From a virus (lineage: Duplodnaviria > Heunggongvirae > Uroviricota > Caudoviricetes): 55,705 bases of DNA. The position numbers were made by a program, and so were the translations under genes. The notes beneath the pieces are model-generated. The model was not told the origin of the DNA. It did no database searches and saw only the letters and a program-made list of their open reading frames with translations. The stretch lies in the IMG/VR virus record IMGVR_UViG_3300008122_000001, positions 1-55,705 of that record. One strand, 5' to 3'. Positions 1-9,712 of the stretch are shown here, piece after piece; position 1 is the first letter of the stretch; every line of letters starts with the position of its first letter.

Positions 1-16
1 AGATATAAATAATCAA

Positions 17-274
17 GTGACTTTATCAATTACTTCTAGTAATTTTTTAATTTTGAATTTAATAGAAAACATATCAGAAGTAAATAAACATACTTTTTTA
101 CAATTTATATCATATAGTTCATCTAGAGAAACTTCTTCTGTTTATGTAATGGGGTATGTAGAAGCTAGACATATAGTTAAAGGTAAAAGAATACATACTG
201 TTAATTTTGTGTTTGATTCACATACTTCTGAGTTATTACTAAAAAAAGATAAGAGTGGAATTTTATTATGTTAA
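17..274 (+). CDS. Hypothetical protein (start uncertain)
   Basis: 85-aa ORF overlapping the next ORF; no motif recognised. Confidence 0.4.
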   Translation: MTLSITSSNFLILNLIENISEVNKHTFLQFISYSSSRETSSVYVMGYVEARHIVKGKRIHTVNFVFDSHTSELLLKKDKSGILLC

Positions 275-453
275 GATGGTATACTAATGATGTTTCTTTT
301 AATGTAGTATTAACTGGATCTTCATTTGTACATAAATATTTATATAATAATAGTATTAAGTTATTAAAAATACCTAATACTAGTTGTATTGATACTTGGA
401 TATATAACAAGACTAAATATGTTATACGTATTAAGTTTAAAAGAGTTTCTTAG
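268..453 (+). CDS. Hypothetical protein
   Basis: 61-aa ORF, GGA upstream of ATG, overlaps previous stop. Confidence 0.45.
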   Translation: MLRWYTNDVSFNVVLTGSSFVHKYLYNNSIKLLKIPNTSCIDTWIYNKTKYVIRIKFKRVS

Positions 454-576
454 TTCTCTTTAAAAACTAAGATATACACAAATAATAACTACTGTACTAA
501 GTAATACTTTTGAGTACTTTACTTCTAATTTTAGTTAAAACATATTGTATTAAGACTAGCTATATAGGAAAAAATA

Positions 577-1176
577 ATGGCTAAGAATTTATTAAAAATA
601 GAAAATGTTTATTTTGCTTTTGTTAAAATAGATAAACCACAAAAAAACAAATTTGATGCATCTGGACTTTTAAAAGAGTTTGGTGCAACTGTTGTGTTAT
701 CTAAAGAGCAACGTAAACAATTTAAAGAACAAAAATTGAATAAGACAGTTAAAGAAGTTGATACTGCTGATTTTGAATCTAAGTATAAATTTGCTCCTCC
801 TTATCCAGATCAAGATGAACAATATATTCTTCAAATAACTAAAAAAGCTACTTATCAAGATGGTAATTTAAAAGCTGAATGGACTTTCCCTAAAGCTTAT
901 TTTGAAAAAGAAGGTTCTATCGTTCTTAGTAATGCTACCCTTATTGGTAATGGTAGTTTTGGTGATGTACGTTTAGAATTAAATTATAATGAAAAACTTG
1001 GTCAAACTAATGTTTCTTTAGATTCTGTTTTAATAAAAAGACATATTCCATATGAATCAAAAGGTGATGAATGGGCTAGTGCAGCAGGTGTACCTACTTA
1101 TGTAGAAGCTCCAGCTCCAACTCCTAGTACTTCTCATGCACCTCCTGCTGATATGGACGATGATCTCCCGTTCTAA
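577..1176 (+). CDS. ssb: Phage single-stranded DNA-binding protein
   Basis: Beta-rich N-domain with IGNGS motif as in T7 gp2.5-like SSBs, Pro/Ala linker, acidic C-tail DMDDDLPF; AGGA RBS; next to SbcCD. Confidence 0.8.
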   Translation: MAKNLLKIENVYFAFVKIDKPQKNKFDASGLLKEFGATVVLSKEQRKQFKEQKLNKTVKEVDTADFESKYKFAPPYPDQDEQYILQITKKATYQDGNLKAEWTFPKAYFEKEGSIVLSNATLIGNGSFGDVRLELNYNEKLGQTNVSLDSVLIKRHIPYESKGDEWASAAGVPTYVEAPAPTPSTSHAPPADMDDDLPF

Positions 1177-1186
1177 TTAACAACGA

Positions 1187-1218
1187 AAAAGTAGAGTGAA
1201 ATAAGTAGCTCTACTTTT
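1187..1218 (+). terminator. Intrinsic terminator-like hairpin after ssb
   Basis: AAAAGTAGAG (1187-1196) / CTCTACTTTT (1209-1218), 12-nt loop, T-rich downstream. Confidence 0.65.
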
Positions 1219-1243
1219 GATTATTTTTTATTGTGAGATAATT

Positions 1244-1558
1244 ATGTCTATGTCTTATGAACAGTTTCTTCTTTTAAAACTTGCAGAAGAAGCTTCAGAA
1301 ATAGCTCAGATAGCTTTAAAAACAGCTCAATTTGGAATGTTAGAAACTATACCTGGTGGTTCTGAAAATAATGCTGAAAGAATACATAGTGAACTTAATG
1401 ATTTACATGGAATCGTAAGTTTATTAAACGATCATACCTCTTTTGGTTATGAAATTAATGACTATGCTATAGAAGCAAAAAGATTAAAAATATTCAAATA
1501 CTTAACATATTCTGTAAATTTAGGTAATGTAGATAAAGATTCTGTACCATTAGTGTAA
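1244..1558 (+). CDS. MazG-like all-alpha NTP pyrophosphohydrolase
   Basis: KLAEEASEIAQ...ELNDL fits the EExxE...ExxD pattern; start moved to ATG 1244 because the listed TTG lies in the terminator. Confidence 0.65.
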   Translation: MSMSYEQFLLLKLAEEASEIAQIALKTAQFGMLETIPGGSENNAERIHSELNDLHGIVSLLNDHTSFGYEINDYAIEAKRLKIFKYLTYSVNLGNVDKDSVPLV

Positions 1559-1567
1559 AGGTAAGTT

Positions 1568-2656
1568 GTGTTAAAAAGTACGTATAAAATAATAGGAAAA
1601 CGTAATCCTAAAATTGTAATAACTTCTTCTAGTAATGAAGAATTTGTTATACAAACTATTGGAGATCCTCATCTAGGTCGCCATTGGCGTAACAACCAAA
1701 AACATAGACTTGGTGATAGAGAAGAAAATGTTAAAGAAACTTTTGTTAAATTACTAAATGAACCTTCTGATATTACAGTTATAATGGGAGACTTATTAGA
1801 TAAGGTTGTTATAACTAATGAATGGTTTAGTTTTATATTATCAACTTTAAAAAAATCTTGTAATAAGAATCCTAATAAACAATATGTAATATTGAATGGT
1901 AATCATGATGAAGTAAAAGATAAATCTAGAATTTCTAGTTTTTCTTTAATTGAAGATTATTTTAAAAACTTAAATACCATTTTAAATCTTACTTTTGTAT
2001 CTGCTTGTAATGTTAATTTTTTTATTAACAGTGTAAATACTAGTTTAATTTTTACTAATTATAATCCGTTTAAGTCGTCTAAAAATTCTTTTGATGATAT
2101 TAAAATGGACTCTAATAATGTTTTAAAAATAGCTTTTGGTCACTATGATATTGACCATTATGATTTTATAGATAATTCTAAATTTATAGATCACTCTATT
2201 CCAGACTTTATTAAAAATAATTATGATTTAGTTGTTAATGGACATTTTCATAAACCTACTACTATAATAGACCCTATACCTATAGTTGTTACTGGTAGTA
2301 TGCAACCATATGCTTTTGGTGAAGAAATACCTGAAGATGATAAGTATTATGTAACTTTAAATATAGATGAAGTAAAGAGTATTTTAGAGAAAGACCCTGA
2401 AGCTTTTATTAACAGTAATGTAAGAATTATGTATAATAAAGGTGATGATTTGTTGTCTCCTTTTAATTGTTATTCAATTACTTATAAATTAATTCAACAA
2501 CTCCCTTCTGAAAAAGAACAAGTTGTAATAACTGAATCTATTTCTTTTTCAGATATGTTTTTAACTTCTTTAAACTCTTATTCTAATAGTGAAAACCAAC
2601 AATATATAGATAAAATAACTAAAGTATTTTTGGATAAAAATTATGAAGGTAATTAA
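1568..2656 (+). CDS. sbcD: Mre11/SbcD-like metallophosphoesterase nuclease (T4 gp47-like)
   Basis: Motifs GDPH, GDLLD, GNHD, GH, GHFH in order; overlaps the SbcC gene. Confidence 0.9.
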   Translation: MLKSTYKIIGKRNPKIVITSSSNEEFVIQTIGDPHLGRHWRNNQKHRLGDREENVKETFVKLLNEPSDITVIMGDLLDKVVITNEWFSFILSTLKKSCNKNPNKQYVILNGNHDEVKDKSRISSFSLIEDYFKNLNTILNLTFVSACNVNFFINSVNTSLIFTNYNPFKSSKNSFDDIKMDSNNVLKIAFGHYDIDHYDFIDNSKFIDHSIPDFIKNNYDLVVNGHFHKPTTIIDPIPIVVTGSMQPYAFGEEIPEDDKYYVTLNIDEVKSILEKDPEAFINSNVRIMYNKGDDLLSPFNCYSITYKLIQQLPSEKEQVVITESISFSDMFLTSLNSYSNSENQQYIDKITKVFLDKNYEGN

Positions 2657-4517
2657 TTATGTACATATTAAAGGTATGTACGCTCATAAAGATACATATC
2701 TAGAATTTACTGAAGGTAAAAATTATATTATAGGTCCTATAGGTACTGGTAAAACAGAAGTTTTACAAGCAATAGGTTTTGCTTTTTTTGGTACTTGTGC
2801 TTTAAGAGATAAAGCTGCTTCTTATAAAAATATTTATGTAGAACTTAGTTTTAACTATAAAGACGAATCTTTTATTATTAAAAGAAAAATTAACGATGCT
2901 ACTTTGTTAATGTTAGATAAAGAAACTAATCAATATTTAGAAATTGTTAACTCTACTTCTATTGTAAATCAAAAGATTATTTCTTTATTAGGTTATAATT
3001 ATGATATTTTCTTATTAAGTAATTTTTGTGAACAAAAGAAATTATCTTATTTTAGTGAACTTAAACCTGCTAAGCGTATTCAATATATAGATAAGATTAG
3101 TGGCATAGAGGAAGCTAAAGAACTTACTAAACACTTAATGGTGGAACGTAAGAGATTAAAAGATAGTATAGCTCTACTTAAAGATGTAACTAAAGAACCA
3201 AAATTAAATCCTAATATTAAATTAGATTTTGATTATGAAAAAGAAATTGAAGTATTAAATACTAAATTAAATAGTGTTAATTCTTTATATGAAGAATATA
3301 ATTCTTTACAATCTCTTTTAGTTCCTGTTACAATACCTGAGTTACAACTAAATGAATTTGAAATAGAATTAGTTCAAACTTCTGAAGAAAAGATTTCTTC
3401 TTATTTTGAATATCTTGATACAACTATAAATCTAGAAGATTGTATTGATAATACTAAGAAAGAACTTAATAGTATTCCTTTTATAAACTCTAAATTGAAA
3501 TCTAAATCATTAGAAGAAATTGAAAGTTTAATACAATCTTATAATGTAAATTTAATTAAAGATATTTCTTCTTCTATTAATATTGTATGCCCTTCTTGTT
3601 CAATAGAACACAACCTACACCCCCTCTTAAATGACGTTGTAAGCTCTTCTGTTGAATTTAACATTAAAGACCTATACAATGCACAAGAATATTTTAAAAG
3701 TGGTTACAACGTAAAAGAACAAGAATTAAAAGATAGTGTAAGAGAGATGACTTCTCAACTAGAAAACACTGTAAAAAATATCCCTCATGTTTCTTTACAT
3801 AATTATTATTCTAAAGAGTCTTTTACTAGACATCTTGAAAAAATAAATAATACTTACAATGTTTATATAGAAAAGAAAAAAGAAACGGATATTAAATTAC
3901 TTGTTTATGCTGATGTCTCTAATAAAGTATTAGCATTAAAAGATAAGATAGATTCTATTATTTCTAATCAACAAACAGACATAGAGTTAAAAGACTTATA
4001 TGTTAAATACAGTACTGAAAAAGATCTTTATTTAAAACAATTAGAATTATATTTAGATGCAAAAAGTAAGTTAGATCAATTTACTATTGAATATGATTTA
4101 ATTCAAAATGTTATTAAAGATATTGCTTCTATTTCTTTGGAAATAAAGAAACAAACTATTCCTTTAATTAACTATCATGCTTCTTCTTTTTTAAACCTTT
4201 TAACTAAAGGTAAAATGAATAGTATTGAAATAACAGATGATTATGATTTAATAGTAGATGGTTATACTATTAATGTAAGAAGTGGAGGAGAAACTGATCT
4301 TGCTTCTCTTGCTTATAGACTTTCTTTAAGTCAATCTATAATTACTGGTATGCTTAATCTTTTCATTGCCGATGAAATAGATAGTAGTGGAGGGGAAAGT
4401 GATTCAAATGATATCATTGAAGCTTTAGACATCATTTCAGATAAAGGTTTCCAGATAATAATGGTAACGCATAAAGATACAACAAATTTAGAAAATGTAA
4501 ATATAATACAACTATAA
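2643..4517 (+). CDS. sbcC: Rad50/SbcC-like ABC ATPase (T4 gp46-like)
   Basis: Walker A GPIGTGKT, coiled coil with CPSC zinc hook, signature RSGGE, Walker B FIADEID, H-loop VTH. Confidence 0.92.
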   Translation: MKVINYVHIKGMYAHKDTYLEFTEGKNYIIGPIGTGKTEVLQAIGFAFFGTCALRDKAASYKNIYVELSFNYKDESFIIKRKINDATLLMLDKETNQYLEIVNSTSIVNQKIISLLGYNYDIFLLSNFCEQKKLSYFSELKPAKRIQYIDKISGIEEAKELTKHLMVERKRLKDSIALLKDVTKEPKLNPNIKLDFDYEKEIEVLNTKLNSVNSLYEEYNSLQSLLVPVTIPELQLNEFEIELVQTSEEKISSYFEYLDTTINLEDCIDNTKKELNSIPFINSKLKSKSLEEIESLIQSYNVNLIKDISSSINIVCPSCSIEHNLHPLLNDVVSSSVEFNIKDLYNAQEYFKSGYNVKEQELKDSVREMTSQLENTVKNIPHVSLHNYYSKESFTRHLEKINNTYNVYIEKKKETDIKLLVYADVSNKVLALKDKIDSIISNQQTDIELKDLYVKYSTEKDLYLKQLELYLDAKSKLDQFTIEYDLIQNVIKDIASISLEIKKQTIPLINYHASSFLNLLTKGKMNSIEITDDYDLIVDGYTINVRSGGETDLASLAYRLSLSQSIITGMLNLFIADEIDSSGGESDSNDIIEALDIISDKGFQIIMVTHKDTTNLENVNIIQL

Positions 4518-4527
4518 GGATACATAT

Positions 4528-4710
4528 ATGTCTTTTTTACGTCGTCGTGGTAACGAACTTAATCGCATGTTTTTTATGAAATTTCAACAACAAGTAAGTA
4601 AAGCTTCAGGTTATACACCAGCATTATCTTATGAAGATTTTATAAAAATTATTGCTGAAAATCAAAAAGCTCAAGAAGCTTTAAAAGAGACTACGGAAGT
4701 TAATGAATAA
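4528..4710 (+). CDS. Hypothetical protein
   Basis: 60 aa, AAGGA RBS, overlaps next start. Confidence 0.7.
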   Translation: MSFLRRRGNELNRMFFMKFQQQVSKASGYTPALSYEDFIKIIAENQKAQEALKETTEVNE

Positions 4711-4993
4711 GATTATTGATTTTAATATTAATGTAGCTTATGATGAAATTATAAAATATGTTAAAAATGAATCTCAATTTTATAACTTATCTGTTCAAGG
4801 TAAGATAAAACTAGAACAAGCTCTTTATAAACTACTTGATGATAGTGTTATAACTCTTGATATAAATGTTGACGAGGAAGATGGTGAAATAACCATTCTT
4901 CCTATTCTATTTAATAATAGATCTATCATTGAAGATAAAAATATATTAATAAGTAATAATAAGGTTATTAATGATGAAACAAACACAAACTAA
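4703..4993 (+). CDS. Hypothetical protein
   Basis: 96 aa, coupled to neighbouring genes. Confidence 0.65.
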   Translation: MNKIIDFNINVAYDEIIKYVKNESQFYNLSVQGKIKLEQALYKLLDDSVITLDINVDEEDGEITILPILFNNRSIIEDKNILISNNKVINDETNTN

Positions 4994-6162
4994 AATGTTT
5001 TCTTTTGAAGACGTAGGGTTAGATTTTTCTTCTCGGATCTAAAGCTTTATTTACTGATAGGTTTAAAAAGATACTTTCTCAAGGTTATAATAATCAAACA
5101 GTATCTTCTTATTCTTTTGTTGGTAATCAAATAACCTTTACATACTCTGTTAATCATGGATATGTTGCTGATAGAGTTATTACTATTACTGCTAATTCAG
5201 TTGTAATAGGTGAAGTAGTTATAGATTCTGTAACAGATACAACTATCACTTTTACTTATGATAATTTTCCTAGTTCTTTAAGTAACCCTATTACTACTAA
5301 AGTATCTTCTTTAGGTTGGGAATTAGTATATGAACAAGCACATATTCATATTTATAAGTTTAAGCATATAGATGATACGGATATGTATGCACGATTATGT
5401 TTTCAAGATATTATGAATTCATCTGTAAGAGCATGTATTACGGTAGGTATTGGAAGAACTATAGATTTAGTATTAGGTACTATTACTGATCCTAATTGTT
5501 ATATGAATTTAGGTACTTGTGCGACTGTTGCACAATCTGAAAACTTACGTTGGGAATTTAGCACTAACACTTCTGGTCATAATAATTATACTTATTCTCA
5601 AGGATATTCTACTTATGGTAAAGCATCTATAATTGGTAGTAAGTATCATATTGTCTGTTTAGGAAGTACTTCTGTTACTGGGCATTATAAATATATAAAT
5701 GGGCTTTTACCTTTTTCTTCTACACACTCAGCATTAAATTATCCCTTACTTTTTGCTAATAATTGGGGGACACCAAATACAAGCTTTTCTACATCTGTAA
5801 TTACAGATGTTAGATTACAAATTGCTAATTACAGAGTAGAAGCATCTCCTACTACTTCTAGTCATTTTAATTTCTCATTTTCAAGTTCTTATTATCCTCC
5901 AGAAATAGAAACAGAAAATGTTACTAGTTGTTTCCCAATTGATCTTTATTTATATGATACTCAACAATATGTAGGAGCAGCTAAAGGTCTTTTTAATGTT
6001 TCTTTAGTTCCTGGTGCATTACCTATAGTTAATACTAATCTTCCTTCGCTACAAGCAGAAGTTGATTTTAATAATAAACTTTTAGTTCATTATTTAGGGA
6101 ACAGTGCTACTGTAGGGTTATATTTTGCATTCCCTATAGAGGAAATTAAAAGTGCTATTTAA
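4971..6162 (+). pseudogene. Tail-associated protein of about 396 aa interrupted by a +1 frameshift near 5034
   Basis: AAGG RBS and ATG 4971 give MMKQTQTKMFSFEDVGLDFSS then a stop at 5040-5042; the +1 frame is open from 5023 (GSKALFTDRFKKILSQGYN...HGYVADRV...) into the listed ORF 5383..6162. Confidence 0.75.
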
Positions 6163-6475
6163 AATATTTCGAAACACTGATAGGCGAGTAATAAATTTTA
6201 TTTGTTCTTCTAATGTAAATCAAGGTTTTGGTATAGTTTCTGGTAGTGTAAAAAATAATAAAGATGTAATACTACCTAATATTCCTGTTTGTATTTTTAG
6301 AAAAAATAATAGATTACTTTTATGGGAATCTAAAACAAAAGAAGATGGTACTTATTATTTTAGAAATTTAGCTGAAGGAATGGAATGTTTTATTGTAGCA
6401 TTTGATCCTGAAAAGAAATATAACTTAATAGGTCAAGATAATGTACTACCTGTTAGTGGGTTCTCTAATGAATAA
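6152..6475 (+). CDS. Carboxypeptidase-regulatory-like beta-sandwich tail accessory protein
   Basis: GIVSGSVK...PVCIFRK...EDGTYYFRNL...IVAFDP pattern; GAGGA RBS, GTG start. Confidence 0.7.
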   Translation: MLFKIFRNTDRRVINFICSSNVNQGFGIVSGSVKNNKDVILPNIPVCIFRKNNRLLLWESKTKEDGTYYFRNLAEGMECFIVAFDPEKKYNLIGQDNVLPVSGFSNE

Positions 6476-7115
6476 ATTACCAAGAAAGAAGATATCTAAA
6501 GGTAAAGTTACTGGTAAGATAAAACATAATATAGACTTAAATACAATTACTAATTCTAAAGATTGTATTACAGATTCTTTTATTTATTATCCTACTAAGT
6601 TTCAATTTTCAGATTTTTATAATAAAGAAATACAAGGTCATGATTGGATTAATAAACCTCGTTTTTTACTCCATGCTAAAAAAGGTAAATACTACACTAC
6701 TGATGAAAAGGGTGTAGAATTAGCTTTTAGAGATTTAATTTCTTATTATTATAATTTGGATGATCCTTTACAAAGATTATATGATGGTTTTCATGATTCA
6801 ATGTTTGTAAGATTTTCTTTAAAAATTGGTATGTTTACTACATTACATCATTGGAATATGGTATTAAGATCTTGGGAAGAAGCTTTATTAAAAGCTATTA
6901 GAGTATACTATTTATATATTCATCCTAAGTATGATCCAACTTCTAACATGCCTTATACTGTTTATTTTGATACGCATTTCTCAAATAGATTATATTTTGA
7001 AATGTTAGATGTTGAATATCGTAATAAAGAAATACTAGAACAAAATATAGAGTTTGTTCGTTTATCTCAATATTACGATTCTTTAGACATAAAAAAAGCA
7101 GAGAATTTTTTATAA
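6468..7115 (+). CDS. Putative divergent phage sigma factor (sigma70 region 2-like)
   Basis: EALLKAIRVYY..KYDPTSNMPYTVYFDTHFSNRL resembles the region 2.2-2.4 consensus; start at ATG 6468 overlapping the upstream stop. Confidence 0.5.
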   Translation: MNKLPRKKISKGKVTGKIKHNIDLNTITNSKDCITDSFIYYPTKFQFSDFYNKEIQGHDWINKPRFLLHAKKGKYYTTDEKGVELAFRDLISYYYNLDDPLQRLYDGFHDSMFVRFSLKIGMFTTLHHWNMVLRSWEEALLKAIRVYYLYIHPKYDPTSNMPYTVYFDTHFSNRLYFEMLDVEYRNKEILEQNIEFVRLSQYYDSLDIKKAENFL

Positions 7116-7125
7116 TTCTCTGCTT
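7091..7125 (-). terminator. Intrinsic terminator at the convergence of the two gene blocks
   Basis: 12-bp stem AAGCAGAGAATT (7096-7107) / AATTCTCTGCTT (7114-7125), 6-nt loop; the A-run 7091-7097 gives a U-tract on the minus strand. Confidence 0.85.
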
Positions 7126-7130
7126 GGTTG

Positions 7131-7574
7131 TTATTCGTCTTTATATAATTCTTTTGAAATAAAATTCATATTACCTTCAATTAATTTTATCCCCATTTTC
7201 TTTTCTACTAATTTAATCCAAGCTCTAAATGCTGTAATATTTAATCTATTATCAATTGCCATTTTTTGAGCTTTAATTATTTCGTACATATCCTCCATCC
7301 CTTGTTCAAGACGTACTATACGTTCTTTTAAATCGTATTCGTCTTTACTCTCTGAAGGCAATGTCCCTGCTATATTATATTCAACTACTATTGTATAACC
7401 ATTAGGTAATACTGGTATTTCAATATAAGATTCTCCTAATTCTATAATAGTAATATTTTCTACTACATTTGTTTCTGAAACACTTTTAGCAGACACTGTT
7501 GTTGGTGAATATTTGTTACTTAATTTTAATATGACATTTCCGTCACTTAAAAAACTTTCTTTAGCTATAGTCAT
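7131..7574 (-). CDS. Hypothetical virion protein with C-terminal coiled coil
   Basis: Start MTIAKES in a TAATG overlap with the upstream stop; last gene of the structural operon. Confidence 0.75.
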   Translation of the reverse strand: MTIAKESFLSDGNVILKLSNKYSPTTVSAKSVSETNVVENITIIELGESYIEIPVLPNGYTIVVEYNIAGTLPSESKDEYDLKERIVRLEQGMEDMYEIIKAQKMAIDNRLNITAFRAWIKLVEKKMGIKLIEGNMNFISKELYKDE

Positions 7575-9109
7575 TATATACCTCTTATTAAACATCGACT
7601 AATAAATGGAACTGTTTTTTTATCTATACTTGTTAATTCAGCTTTTAATTTAATTGTACTTACAAATACTTGTTTTTTTAAATTCTTAATATAAATGTTA
7701 TTTATATCTGTACTATTAAAAGCATTAAGAAGTTCTATATTATTTAATGAAACATACTTATAATCATTTTTCTTTAATATTGGTTTTAACAACTTATCTG
7801 AAAAAATATTATCATCCCCTATTGTTTGTCTTAAATAATCATAATTAAAAAGATAAGAAGAAAAAACTATTTTTCTTAATCCTTTAGGTATAATAAACTC
7901 TTCTGTTACTACTTCATTATTATCTAGTAATAATGTATCTACATTAAAGTAAGATTTAAACATAGTTATATCTTCTTTAACTAGTATCCAATAAGTGCTT
8001 TGTTTTTTATTACTAATGTTCTTTAAGTATACTTCTAATTCATAGTTTAAATGGTTTTGAGTATCTTCTGGTAATATATATTGTATATCTCCTTCTGATC
8101 TTTTTACTCCTGAAAGAGATAATAAATTCAATTCTGAATCTTTAGATAATCCTATAACAGATTGTACAATATTATTCTTATCTTTATAAGAATGTATTGT
8201 ATTTATTCTCTCATATTCTCCCCCATTCAATGCAATTGAATAATCAATCTCTACATCTGATGTAAGAGTATTGTCACAAGTGTCTAGTACTAAATAAGAT
8301 AATGATTCTCCTATAGAAATATCCTTTGATTCGTATATAGTTGAATCTTGATATATTAAATCAGTTATACCTAAAATATTAATATGTAAATCAGTAGATT
8401 TGTGCATAGTAGGGTATGATCTTATTGTTACTGTATCATTTTCTTTATCTACTGGTATACTAAAATAGTTAGATAATTCTTTTTCTCTATACAACGTATT
8501 ATCTTTGTATATCTCTATTATTGCATAATTAGCTAAGTCTAAAATAATTTCAGAACTACTATTAACTAAATTGTTTAAATTTATTGTAAATTCAAAAGGT
8601 AACGTATTGTGTGTAAGATTAGATATTGTTAAATTCTCTAATACTGATCCACTTAATTTCTTAATGTTTAAATTCTTAAATATAATATTACTAATATTTA
8701 ATATATTTATATCTTCATAATCTATCTTTGTATTCGAAAGACCAAATATCACATTTTCTTTTACTGTTGCTGTCGTTGTTTCCGTGTTTGTGTATTGTGT
8801 TGTTATTGGTATTATAGTTGAATATATTGTTGATGTTGTCTTTCTTTCTACAAGAATAGCGCCTTTTATCTTTTCTACTAATTTATTAATTTTAAATTCT
8901 AATTTAGGTATATCTTGAGCTAATAGTTCAGTTACTGTTGTATTGTTTTTTACAATAGCTTTATTATCTTCATTAATATTATCTAACTTCTTAGACAAAT
9001 ATCTCTCTATTTTTTTCCTATCTTGTTCTTTATTTAAATCACCAGATAACGGATCTATATCATTTCCATATGCTACAGTATTATATATATCTAATACTTT
9101 ATTAGTCAT
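7574..9109 (-). CDS. Hypothetical structural (baseplate-region) protein
   Basis: 511-aa ORF in the structural operon. Confidence 0.75.
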   Translation of the reverse strand: MTNKVLDIYNTVAYGNDIDPLSGDLNKEQDRKKIERYLSKKLDNINEDNKAIVKNNTTVTELLAQDIPKLEFKINKLVEKIKGAILVERKTTSTIYSTIIPITTQYTNTETTTATVKENVIFGLSNTKIDYEDINILNISNIIFKNLNIKKLSGSVLENLTISNLTHNTLPFEFTINLNNLVNSSSEIILDLANYAIIEIYKDNTLYREKELSNYFSIPVDKENDTVTIRSYPTMHKSTDLHINILGITDLIYQDSTIYESKDISIGESLSYLVLDTCDNTLTSDVEIDYSIALNGGEYERINTIHSYKDKNNIVQSVIGLSKDSELNLLSLSGVKRSEGDIQYILPEDTQNHLNYELEVYLKNISNKKQSTYWILVKEDITMFKSYFNVDTLLLDNNEVVTEEFIIPKGLRKIVFSSYLFNYDYLRQTIGDDNIFSDKLLKPILKKNDYKYVSLNNIELLNAFNSTDINNIYIKNLKKQVFVSTIKLKAELTSIDKKTVPFISRCLIRGI

Positions 9110-9704
9110 CTTTATCTCCTAGTGTAACTAAGGAAACTTTAGGGCTAATTATCATTTCCTTAGTACGTGTTTCTAATTGTTCTTTTTTAGTTTGATATAT
9201 ATAAGTTAATCTTGTATTAGAATCTACTGGTATATTATATAAAGACTCTTTTGAGTATTGACGACTATCTACTTGTGCCATCTCTTGCCCTTCGAGATAT
9301 TGTATAGCTCGTTTAAATGATATTTTAACATTCTTTAATCCAGTTGAAGAATATAAAATACCATTATCATAGTCTACTGAAAATAAACCTTCTCGTTTAT
9401 TTTTAGCTTTAGAAATATAAGTAATGTATGTATAAGTAAATTCACTAGTTAATGAATTATTATTTATTTTTATAATAGCTACATCATTTTCTACTGCAAG
9501 TAACCATGAACTAGGTATTGTTAAGTCTTTTTCAGAATATACTTGTTTCTTAAATAATGAAACATCTCCTGAAAACTTTATACTATCTATAGATGGGTTT
9601 CCTCTTAATACAAATCTATTACTTCCTTTTTCAAGTAACTCTGTAATATATTCTGATTCTATAAACTCTTGTACACCATCTATATAATCTACTTCTTCAT
9701 ACAT
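9102..9704 (-). CDS. Hypothetical structural protein
   Basis: Probable start MYEEVDY at 9704, just after the upstream stop; FSVDYDNGILY beta motif seen in baseplate-region proteins. Confidence 0.7.
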   Translation of the reverse strand: MYEEVDYIDGVQEFIESEYITELLEKGSNRFVLRGNPSIDSIKFSGDVSLFKKQVYSEKDLTIPSSWLLAVENDVAIIKINNNSLTSEFTYTYITYISKAKNKREGLFSVDYDNGILYSSTGLKNVKISFKRAIQYLEGQEMAQVDSRQYSKESLYNIPVDSNTRLTYIYQTKKEQLETRTKEMIISPKVSLVTLGDKDD

Positions 9705-9712
9705 ACTTATTC

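Noticed and set aside
454-576. Sigma70 promoter or ncRNA upstream of ssb
   Set aside because: Only weak AT-rich partial palindromes; no convincing -35/-10 pair or tRNA-like fold
201-4525. Minus-strand ORFs 201..410 and 4331..4525
   Set aside because: Antisense to better-supported plus-strand genes
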